In this document: piece by piece, positions 13,159 to 24,012 of the stretch
How the letters are laid out: the number at the start of each line of letters is the position of its first letter
How positions within the stretch are numbered: position 1 is the first letter of the stretch
DNA from: Podarcis liolepis
Taxonomy: Eukaryota
NCBI GenBank assembly: GCA_965112155.1
Contig: OZ218111.1
Direction: 5' to 3' (one strand)
DNA: 64,000 nucleotides
Translations under genes and position numbers: made by a program
The notes under the pieces: generated by a model
What the model was told of the DNA's origin: nothing
The model's database searches: none
What the model saw: only the letters and a program-made list of their open reading frames with translations

Positions 13159-16118
13159 TCCAACAATTCCTTCCCTGCCCACCTCCCCCAAAGAAAATGT
13201 CTGCCTGGTTCTCTCGCAGCCTCAGCGCCGTGTCTCTAGGCGGAGATTTGTGCTGTAAAATGCACAATATGTTCTATCTGCCCGTTGGGAGCCATCAAAT
13301 ATTCACCAGCAGCTCCCATTTTAGTCAAAGCAGATTAGGCAGGCCGAGCGAGGAAGCAGAGAGGGCCTGCGATGCCCGCCAAGCTCTCCAACACCCTCTC
13401 CCCCCCCCCCCGGTGCTTTTCGTTAATGGGGTAAACGGTACAAGCTCCCCAGCCATGGCTACCATTCAACAACATAGCAAAGTGGGAAGAGGGGGGCGGG
13501 CAGGCGGGGAGATGGCGTGTTCTCAGATGACCCATCCCGCAACCAGCAGCCTCCAATGGCTGACCAGTGGTGGCTTGCCAAGGGGGGAGACAGGAAGAGG
13601 GAGGGAATAGAAAGCCATTAGCTCATGAATTTGTGAAAAAAGGGGAATCACAAGTTCTCAGTACCTCAAAATGGTACTGAGAAATATGTGTGTGTGTGAA
13701 TGGAAGCTTTAAAGGAGAATTGGACTAATTCATGAGGCTGACAGTGGCTACTAGCCACGAATACTATGCTCTGCCACCATTGTCAGAGATCATATGCCTC
13801 TGGTAACCAGTGGCTGGGAATCACAGGAGGGGAGAGGGCTCTTGGGTTCGAATCCTGCTTGTGGGCTTCCCTCAGGCACCTGGTTGGCCATTGTGAGAAC
13901 AGGATGCTGGACTAGATGGGCCATTGGCCTGATCCAGCAGGACTCTGCTTATGTTCTTAAGTCAGCTCCCCTCTAATGGTGCCTCCAAGAGTGTCGGGAT
14001 TTCACAGGAGGGATTCAAGCGCGTCTTGGAACTTTAGGTTTGCACAGATAAAGTGAATTAAAAGTCTCTGTTGCAGAAAAACAACAATACTTTAAAGGAG
14101 AAATAAAAAATGAAGAGGGTGGAGCAAAGGGAGACAAGACGATGGGGTCTTCAGCTGCTAGGGAAGGGGTGTTTCTAATGTATTTCTCATTCCCCCTTTT
14201 GTTTTGATGTATCTGTGGGAAGGGGCAGGTTTGTCTCTTTGGTTGTAAGTCACTCTTTGGGTTTCCTTGGGCAAGCTCCAGCGACCAATGAAAAAGCATA
14301 ATAAACAAATAAAAATAAAAGGCAAGGGCCTTGGGTCCTCACAACTGCCTCATTGGAGCAAGACCTACTGGGAAGGGTTGCTGCGACCACTAGGTCACGC
14401 TGTTTCATTTCATTGACCCATGAGTTAACACCACTGACACCAGGTACTTTATTGTTTTATTGTTGACTCTAGCTCTTGACACTTAAGCACCAAATGAAGA
14501 AGTTGATTCTTTTAGAGCTCAGCTGCTTTGGGTACCACTGGCCAGGGATGGGGAACTTCAGGTTGAGGGGCCAACAGGTCCCTCTGTCTGGCCCTTGCAA
14601 TTCTCTCCAGGCCACACCCCTCACTGTCCCTGCTTTCCACCTTCCTTGAGTGCTTTTGCCTGGCTGGAATGAATCCTTGAACTCAGAGAATGCTCCTTTC
14701 TTGCCTGGATGGAGAGGGCGGGGGTGACTGGGCGCATAAACTAGTGAACTGTACAAAGGCAACATTTACATTAATTGCTCCTCCCACTTTTGCCTCTGGC
14801 CCCACTCACCACTGGCATGTGGCCCTCAGAAGGTTGCCCAGAAGGGAATGTGGCCCTTGGACTGATAAAATGTTCCCTATTCCTATTTAAAGCCTCAAAC
14901 AGCTCAGGGGTTGGTTTATATGAAGGATCCCTTTTCTTCTCACCTGTAGCTGGTCCTGGAGAGCGTCTTTTGAAGCTTTTATGTAGGTCCTTTACCAAAA
15001 GAGGTGCAACAAGTGGTTACCAGGGTGAGGGTCTTTTTGGTGGTGGCTCCAGTCATAGAATGCTCTCCCTAGAGAGGCTAGCCTGGTGCCCACTCTGTAC
15101 GATTTACGGCACTTGGTTTAAGAGGTCTTTTACAGGCTTTTACAGCTCTTAAGGTTGCTGCTAGGAATGGACGACTGTTAATTATGGTTTTCATTTTTCT
15201 ATTTGTAAGTTCAATTCTCCTCTTTGCCACAACATTATTTTTTAAGCCTCATGAAAATTCATCAGCATTTTAATCTCTCCTAACATGGTCATTTTTGCAA
15301 TGCAATTTTGCCTAACAATGCATTTTTATGGTGTTTTTTTTGCTAACTTATGCATTTATAGGCACACAATACATGCATTTTTGTATACATTACGTGGCTG
15401 GCAAACTGCACTGCAAAACTGAGAGAAGTGCAAAATTTCAAATGATAGCTCTGTTTCGGTTCGCATATTTTTTTCAGAAAGTGCACTTTTGGTTGATTTG
15501 CCTTTAAATGCAAACTTTATCGAATTTCTCCCCACCCCCCTTATAAGACAGTAAGCAAAGAGGCAGCTGCTAAACCACGAGAACATGGAAGCTACCAAAT
15601 TTATGGCCTCATCTCTTAGCTAGGGATATTTCATTTCTGCAACAGAACAACACATGAAACAAGGAGGAAAAGGAGAGTCGCTCCTTTTGCAGATAAAGAC
15701 TCAATTTGAAGAGGGCTTCCCCCTCCCATTTCCCAAGTCCCCCCCGCCCCAAATTAACTCTCCATCTGTTCCTCTGCGGCTGAGGCTGATGGCTTCTGAC
15801 AAGGCCTCCTGAACGCAAAGCTGTTTTGCCCAGAAAATCTATTACAAGTTGCTCTAAGACAGGCAGAAATCCTCTCCTTCTGTCTCGCCGAGCTGGTCTC
15901 TCTAGGTGTCCACCCCAGGCAAGGCAGGGAGACTAGGCCCAGCATGGGCGAGCGGGCTGCTGCCTCTGCTCAGCCGGAAAACTCAGCTGGGAGGGAGCTG
16001 GAGCTTTGGTAACTCCCTAGCAAATGGAGAAGCAGCTCCCCAAGCCCGTGGCTCAGTGCTCCCAGCCATCAAGAGGACACGGTGAGGGGTGCAATCTAAC
16101 CAAAGTTCAGCACTTTTC

Positions 16119-16781
16119 TTTTCTTTTTTAATTAGGAATTTTAACATAACAATTTGTCAAAAACACATCATCCTCATCCCCCCCATTTTTCCCTCCCCTC
16201 ACCCCAAAATAACCCCCCTCCCACCCCCCACCCCCAGACTTCCCTCAGCTCCTCTCTCTGGTTTTTCAGCACATGTTATTCTCTGCATATTATAAAATTG
16301 TAAAGATCCTTCATTTATCTATCTATATATTACCAATAAAAAGTTTGTGTATGTTTATTCAAAACCAAATATATGTTGGAAATGTAAGGAAAAAGAAGGG
16401 ACTTTTTATCATATGTGGTGGGATTGTAGTAAAATTAAATAAATTTGGGAAATGATATACAATGAGTTGAAGAAAATGTTCCAATTAACATTTGTAAAAA
16501 AAAAACCTGAAGCATTTTTGTTAGGGATTTCAAGAAAAGACCTGCCAAGGAAATTGAAAAACATTTTCATGTACGCGACAACGGCTGCAAAGGTCTTAAT
16601 AGCACAAGGATGGAAGAACGAAGAAATCCCGACCAAAGAACTGTGGCAAGAGAAACTGATGGACTACGCGGAATTGGCGAAATTGACACACAAACTACGT
16701 GATAAGGACAACTGTGGCTTTAAAGAAGACTGGGAACCTTTTACAAAGTACTTAAAAAAACAACAAAATGAACTGGACTCT
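16119..16781. mobile_element. 5'-truncated, 5'-inverted (twin-primed) L1-clade LINE insertion
   Basis: 17-bp TSD AAAGTTCAGCACTTTTC (16102-16118 and 16782-16798). - strand 3' UTR and tail at 16119-16366; + strand ORF2 C-terminus at 16367-16781 (CWKC...H...C knuckle; KKPEAFLLG...MYATTAAK). Confidence 0.88.
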
Positions 16782-17333
16782 AAAGTTCAGCACTTTTCAA
16801 ATCTCTCAGCAGATTCTCTGGGTGAGCTCAACGCATATGCTTAAATCCTTCCCCTACTGAAATGCAACAAGATTGCAAAAGGTGCTTGATTTGGGGAGGA
16901 TGGTGGCCTGGTGGTTATTTAAAGGCATTGCTCCCCACCCCACTTGCTCATTAGTGGGGTTTTTAAAGAAGAAAAACTTTTCAATTCCCAGGGTGGCTTA
17001 CAAAATTAACACATGCATGAAAACATGAAAACAAATGTAAAGCATTTTTTAAAAAATCAAAGACACAAGAGGCATGGGCGTCACCAGGATTTATATTGCA
17101 GGGGGCAAAACCTCAGTTAGTTAAGTATTTTTATTGATTTACTTGATTTAGGTGGAGGGGGTGGATCTGCACAACATTCCAATGCCATTCTGAATCAAGA
17201 TGGCAGACCGAACCTTTCAAAATTGCAGTGATTCTAACCAGATTTCAGAATGACACTGGTTACTTTTGGTTTGCAGAATTCCTGAGCAATGCAGAGTATG
17301 AGGCATACAGACAGACAGACATATTTAGAAACT

Positions 17334-17450
17334 TTGTTGTTGTTGTTTAGTCGTTTAGTTGTGTCCGACTCTTCGTGACCCCATGGACCAGAGCACGCCA
17401 AGCCCTCCTGTATTCCACTGCCTCCCGCAGTTTGGTCAGACTCATGTTAG
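17334..17450 (-). mobile_element. Short RTE/BovB 3' end
   Basis: Near-identical to the 3' end of the 7-kb copy; (CAA)n tail; possible 9-bp TSD ATTTAGAAA (17323-17331 and 17453-17461). Confidence 0.85.
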
Positions 17451-17616
17451 AAATTTAGAAATAAGAGCTGTAATTTAAATAGGAATGCCTCTCACCCTAG
17501 TGGCGAAGACTGTGGCCAGGTGATGTGGGTGTTCCTGCTCAGTCTGCGGTCCACGTGCTGCTAATGGCAGATGGACAACTTTAAGGCCCTTAGAGGTCTC
17601 TTTTCTTCAAATTCTT

Positions 17617-18242
17617 TTTTTTAAAAAAATAAAATATTTATTGAAGTTTTACAATTTTTATCAGACACAACAATACAAACAAACAAAAAGAAAAAGAAAA
17701 ACAAGTATAGTTTCAAAACCTTATTTTCTTAAAACTTACTTCCCCGACCTCCTCATACCTCCCCTTTCTGCATTCCCATTTCAGATATTATGTTCAGCAA
17801 ATCCTCACCCTTAATTTTACCCAATTGTCAAACTTTCTTTTCTTTTAACTTAATCTTTACAGCTGTACTTCACTTAATTTCAAAAACCACAACATTCTAG
17901 CACTCATTAATTTTGCAATATTTCTTAAGATAATTCTTGAATTTCTTCCAATCTTCTTCCGCCGTCTCTTTTCCCTGGTCTCGGATTCTGCCAGTCATTT
18001 CTGCCAGTCCCATATAGTCTATCACCTTCATCTGCCATTCTTCCAAGGTGGGTAGGACTTGTGTCTTCCAATACTTTGCGATGAGTATTCTTGCTGCTGT
18101 TGTGGCATACATAAAGAATGTTCTGTCTTTCTTTGACACCAATTGGCTGACAATGCCCAGGAGAAAGGCCTCTGGCTTCTTAAGAAAGGTATACTTAAAT
18201 ACCTTTTTCATTTCATTATATATCATTTCCCAGAAAGCCTTA
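17617..18242 (-). mobile_element. 5'-truncated L1-clade LINE (ORF2 C-terminus, 3' UTR and A-tail)
   Basis: ORF 17897-18226 MIYNEMKKVF...KKPEAFLLG...MYATTAARILIAKYWK, homologous to the 16.4-kb copy. 18-bp TSD TCTTTTCTTCAAATTCTT (17599-17616 and 18243-18260). Confidence 0.9.
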
Positions 18243-19049
18243 TCTTTTCTTCAAATTCTTCGGCTTTAAACCAGACTTGGACTGGATAGCCCTTCAGACA
18301 AAGGAATGTGCTCTGTAAAGTAGCTCTCCTCATCCCCTCCAATATTAAGATGAGGGGCAGTAGCTTTGGAGGCTTGGGTGGAGATAGGCAAGGGCAGCTG
18401 AGCTTCGTCTCTTCCATGCACACAACACTTAGCGCCAGATAGCCTGCAAAGGTGCAACTGGGATTTGATTGACAGGCTGACAAACGTACTGTAGCACTGA
18501 GTCCCAGGGCTGTTTTTCACTGGCCTGCTGTTGCCTCCAAACCAGGACACCCTGGGCCATCTTGGGCTCTGTGCACCATGCAAGGGGAATCAAGACGCAG
18601 AACAGGAAGCAGCCGATTCACCCAGCTCCCTTTACCAGCATTGCAGCGCCTCCCTGCAGAGAAAATTCACCTAGCTGGTAGCTGATTCTGAGAAAATGGG
18701 CGGTTGCTTGTGAAAGCTCTTATCTCTGCAAATATGGTGGGCTGGATCGTGAATTCGATGTTCCACTGATTTTTGATAAGAGGGTTAAATATATGCTGAA
18801 GAGCCTAAGAGGAGCTCTGCTGGGTAAGGACCAGGGGTCCATCTTTTTTGCAGTGGTTAATCTGATGCCTCTGGGAAGCCCACAAGCCAGGCACAAGGGC
18901 AGTGGGCCTCTTTTCCATTTGTTAGCACAAGCTGGGCAAATACATACTTAGGGTGGTGTCCAGTCCTCATCCTGCCCATAGCAGGTCCATTAAAGTTTGC
19001 ACTAACTTAGATTCAATTATTTCACTGGAAACCACATTTTGTCTACCCA

Positions 19050-19382
19050 AGTAAAGGTAAAGGGAGCCCTGACCATTAGGTTCAGTCGTGACCGACTCTG
19101 GGGTTGCGGCGCTCATCTTGCTTTACTGGCCGAGGGAGCTTCCGGGTCATGTGGCCAGCATGACTAAGCCGCTTCTGGTGAACCAGAGCAGCGCACAGAA
19201 ATGCCGTTTACCTTCCCGCTGGAGCGATACCTACTTATCTACTTGCACTTTGATGTGCTTTCGAACTGCTAGGTTGGCAGGAGCAGGGACCGAGCAACGG
19301 GAGCTCACCCCATCGCGGGGATTTGAACCGCCGACCTTCTGATTGGCAAGTCCTAGGCTCTGTGGTTTAACCCACAGTGCCA
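19050..19382 (-). mobile_element. Sauria SINE (Squam1 type)
   Basis: tRNA-like head (gcactgtgggttaaacc...gttcaaatccc), conserved core gtcatgctggccacatgacc, BovB-derived 3' end with (ACCTTT) tail. Confidence 0.88.
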
Positions 19383-21171
19383 GGAACGTGTGCTAATCAG
19401 TTTCATTGGAGTTCCAATGTTTTCTCCACCTTATACAGGAATAATTTAAGAATCCCACCCTTAATCGCTTTTTTCCTAGGCTGAAAAATCCAAAATGACA
19501 TTGCCTTTCTACGCATGGAAGGTGTTTTAAGCCTTCGGATCTTCTTAGGTTGACCTTTTTGTACCTCATTCACCCCCCCCCCCCATTTTTAGAGTTAGTA
19601 TAATGTAACATAAAATAAAACAACCACCTCCTTTTTGGACTGGATAATGCCCAATGCTGTCAGACAGGGACTGAGCCCTTTGTGAAGGCAGGAGAACAAA
19701 ATGTGTCAATGCAGAGCTGCTTTGAACTTGACTCCTTGAAGTGGAAACCCAAGATTGCATTTCTTAATTTTTACCATATAGTTGCATACTGTGGTAGTGC
19801 TGCTTTTGTGACCCGCCTTCAATCAGGTCACTATGACCTGGCAGTTAGTCTTCTTCACCCACCAGCTGAGGACCAAGTGTGTAATGTGTGTAAATTGTTA
19901 AAACAAAAAAAGCATTATAAATGAAATTGGCCATCTAGTTATTCCAGATTCTGCATGAAATAGAAGTAGAGTTTGCAACCCATGTAAATTGCACAAATTA
20001 AATACATTTGCATAATATAGTCTGCCATTTTAGCTTGGTTGCATAATTATCATAGTTCTGCAAGAACAACCCAGATGTATTTAAGCTTATCATTACAGCA
20101 GTAAGGGCTTGCTTTCTTCTTAATGAAAATTCTTTATTTGGGTACAAATACCCAAATTCTGCACTTCTGTGGAAATTGTGGCGCACACACAGCTCCATGC
20201 ATATTTAATCAAACTAGAATTTGTTAAGCATGTAAAAGCATGGGAAATATATATTTTAAAAGGCAGACTTCAAATGACTAAAAGAAAATCTAGTTTAAAA
20301 ACATAGAAAGTTGACTCAGTTCAAGAGGAGCACATTGGGTGCAAGAGAGTCAACTTCAATCACATGCAGTTGCACTCAGCTTTCAAAGGGACACACGGCT
20401 ACGGAAGGTTCTCCCAGTGAATCCTCAGAATTAATAGCCTTCGTGCTCACAAGCACAAGAAGTAATCTCTGGACTAGATGTACCTTTGGTCTGATCCCAA
20501 CAAAACTCTTCTAACATTCATGGAGCCTGTAAGGAGGCAGAAGATGGGAATTATAATATAGTTTACCATCTAAGCCAGTTACAACTCAGATGGCTAAAAT
20601 AGTGTGTAGTTCCCCAAACCCTCGGAGCCGGCGCCTCCTTCTCCGCTACCACCACACTGCGTTCTTCTGATCTCAAAGCTAACAGCTCCCTCTTCTGACT
20701 AGGCTTGGGAATGAATCACAGATACTTATCTTTTGGCTAATGCTGCCACCTTCTGTTGATCTATTTGCATGCCCACATCTCAAAAAAATTAGAAAAATGC
20801 GTTACTGTGGGCAGGTGCAGTTGTAACTCCTGGCCTCTTCAATTTTGCAAAAATCTTCAACCTTGTGTCCCACTTTATGCATCTTTATTCACAATAGTTG
20901 GACCTCTAGACACTTTCAAGGTCTGCCTTTCTATCACGACCTTTAAGATCAACAGAATAGTCAGCACCTTTGTAACTGTACCAAGCCTATGTGCCAAGTT
21001 GGAAAGAGCAAAACAGGCACAAAATCACTCTTCCTAGCCACCCCAAAGTTGTTGAATTCCCGTTTCTGTATAATTCATTCAAGTGCTATATCATGCTCCT
21101 CAATGGACTGGGGTGGGTTAACTGTTTCATGCCAGCTGCTGATAGGACACGCCAGTCTCAAAGCAAATTAA

Positions 21172-21465
21172 GGGACACCAACGCAGGTGGCGTTCTGGGT
21201 TAAACCAGAGCCTAGGGCTTGCAGATCAGAAGGTTGGCAGTTTGAATCCCCACGACGGGCTGAGCTCCTGTTGCTTAGTCCCTGCTCCTGCCAACCTAGC
21301 AGTTTGAAAGCATGTCAAAGTGCAAGTAGATAAATAGGCATTGCTCCGGCGGGAAGGTAAACGGCGTTTCCGTGCGCTGCTCTGGTTCGCCAGAAGCGGC
21401 TTAGTCATGCTGGCCACATGACCTGAAAGCTGTATGCCGGCTCCCCTCAGCCAGTAAAGTGAGAT
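21172..21465 (+). mobile_element. Sauria SINE, 3'-truncated
   Basis: gggac...ggtggcgttctgggttaaacc...gtttgaatcccc head and the same core as the 19-kb copy, in opposite orientation. Confidence 0.85.
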
Positions 21466-21811
21466 GTGGTTTGAATTGTGATACAGCATTAGTTTTCTTT
21501 CCCATTTAATTAACCAACCTAGCAACATTGGTGCTATTAATGTTTGCTGTTGCTGATTGTCACTGTGCTTATATTGTTCAAGTAGTTATTTAACAAAATT
21601 TATATACTGCTTGATTGTAAATAGAACCTCTAAGCAGTTTACATGCACACCCTTTTCAATAAAATATGTATTTCTTTGGACTATGCTGCTATCTAAAGTA
21701 ATTGTTACGGTTTATTTGATCTTTTTGCATTCCATTTCATTCTTTACACACACCCCCGACACCTGTGTGTGTATGTGTGTTTGCCAGCTATGGACTGATT
21801 ACACTTCACAC

Positions 21812-21890
21812 ATCTGATGAAGTGGATTTAAATCCAGAAAAGCTTACACCATAATGGATATGTTAATCTTTAAGTTGCCACAAGACTCTC
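21812..21890 (+). mobile_element. Degenerate Penelope-like 3'-end fragment with a hammerhead-like core
   Basis: tCTGATGAagTGGAtttaaaTCCAGAAAagcttac...tgttaatctttaagttgccacaagactc resembles the common reptile PLE terminus (CTGATGAAGTG...CACGAAAGCTTA...GTTAGTCT.TAAGGTGCCAC). Confidence 0.6.
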
Positions 21891-22220
21891 ATTTTGAGCC
21901 TCATTTTAACTGCTACTTGCCTTAGTAAAGAGCAGGGTTGAAATGGAGCGAGCACATACCTAAAAGTCAAGCAAATCATGTCAAAAGTCCTTGGGAGAGG
22001 GCCGCAGCCAGTGGTGACAGATGCCCAGTGAGATGGGTAGGGCGGGAGAAGGGGAGGCTAGGAGTAGATGGAGCCAGATCTAATCAACAACAGGCAAAGC
22101 CAACTCATTCTACTTTTGTCCCCATCCTTCTATTTGTTGAGATCTACATGGACAACATTAATGCAGGAAGTCCTAGATGTAATCTCTCATAACTACTTGT
22201 AGGACTAGGAGACCCTTGTC

Positions 22221-22591
22221 TGGAGACCCCTGGACGGTTAAGTCCAGTCAAAGGCGACTATGAGGTTGTGGTGCTCATCTCGCTTTCAGGCCGAGGGAGC
22301 CGGCGTTTGTCCACAGACAGCTTTCTGGGTCATGTGGCCAGCATGACTAAACTGCTTCAGATGCAGTGGGACACCGTGATGGAAACCAGAGTGCACGGAA
22401 ATGCCATTTACCTTCCCACCACAGCACTACCTATTTATCTATTTGCACTGGTGTGCTTTTGAACTGCTAGGTTGGCTGGAGCTGGGACAGAGCAATGGGA
22501 GCTCACCCTGTTGCGGGGATTCAAACTGCCAACCTTCCAATTGGTAAGCCCAAGGGCTCGATGGTTTGAACCACAGCACCACCCGCGTCCC
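22221..22591 (-). mobile_element. Sauria SINE (different subfamily)
   Basis: On the - strand begins gggacgcgggtggtgctgtgg; contains the shared core. Confidence 0.85.
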
Positions 22592-22854
22592 TGCAACAAC
22601 AGGACCTATGGTTTGGTGTGATGTAAAAGAGCTTCCTATATTCCTATGTTTCCATGACCTGGTGGACTGCAACAACCTTCTATCTCCCTTCCCTGCCCAG
22701 AAAGAGTCTGGGGAACAGAATAAGAACAGCACCCAATGCCAAGTATTCGTCAGTTCATGAATTATGTCCAGGGGCAGATGTGAAGGACACCACATCCTCC
22801 CCTCCAGTGCTGCTATCATACCAAGCAAGACAGACAATTAAAAAACAAAATTTT

Positions 22855-22860
22855 TTTATT
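22855..22860 (-). terminator. Polyadenylation signal AATAAA, probably for CAPN15
   Basis: tttatt on the + strand, with a downstream GU-rich element on the - strand and an AU-rich upstream context. Confidence 0.6.
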
Positions 22861-23804
22861 TGGTCCTTTGGAACCTGAGTTTGAAAACCACCCATGGGAT
22901 AATTCGTATTATACAGGGACTGATTACAGATTTGATTTACAATTGATAAAATATCCTATGTTTTCTTAAGAGCTGGACAATATTTACATGGTTAAAAACT
23001 ATTCACAGCTCGAAGAGAGTGAACAGAAAGACACACACACACATACACACACACACACAAAAGAAGAACATTGAAAAAGAGAAAAAAAGGAAAGGAGACA
23101 TTTTGGACAGGGGTAAAAACAAAATACAGAGGAACTCACATGTTCAGCCACTCCCTGGCCTGAGATGACTGAGCTGGGAAAGGAGGAAGGAGACGCAGAG
23201 TGAACACTGATTGATAGTGGAGATGGTGGGGGCGAAGGAAAGGGGGAGAAAAATCAACTTTCTGTTCATTGCTACTTGATTAGGTGGAGAGAAAATGGAA
23301 CAGGACACAGGGGAGTAGGGATGGAAAGGTAATGTACTGGCATAATGAAATGATGGCACTGCTACCCTGTTCCCCAAAGGTCCTTGCAATGCCACTTTAG
23401 CCCTCAACTTGGCCACACCCTGCCTTTCCGAGCTCCCCAACACCAGCTTGGCCATGCTCCCGGGTACAAAAAGCCCAGCTACACCTGCCTCCTGAGACAG
23501 CAAGGGTGCATCTGTGTTACCAACACATTGGCTTTATACTCGCTTAAACCCTAATGGCTTCTTTCAAAGAATCCCAAGGAAATCGCACTCCATCGTCTCG
23601 AGACAGACAGATGCCAACAACTGTTAAGCAATCCCTCCCCAATGCTCCCTGGAAAGAGGAAAGGGGTATTAAACCAGTTTAACTCCGTAGTGAAGATATG
23701 CCCTACAAGAAAGCTGTTTCAAAAGGGTGGGGCTGCAACACAATAGCTTGCATTCATTGCTCTCTCCTCACAGCACACTGCAATGAACTGTAGAAATTCA
23801 TATA

Positions 23805-24012
23805 CAGTGGTACCTTGGGTTACAGACGCTTCAGGTTACAGACTCCGCTAACCCAGAAATAGTACCTCGGTTAAGAACTTTACTTCAGGATGAGAACAGA
23901 AATTGTGCTCCGGCGGCAGCAGGGGGCCCCATTAGCTAAAGTGGTTAAGAACATTTTCAGGTTAAGAACAGACCACCGGAATGAATTAAGTTCTTAGCCC
24001 GAGGTACCACTG
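23805..24012. mobile_element. Tc1/mariner MITE, second copy, inside the probable CAPN15 3' UTR
   Basis: Same TIRs and TA TSD as 5017-5242, and a similar internal sequence. Confidence 0.88.

Noticed and set aside
12592-13191. 199-aa - strand ORF with EGRK repeats
   Set aside because: Produced by the (TTCC)n microsatellite and the adjacent SINE.
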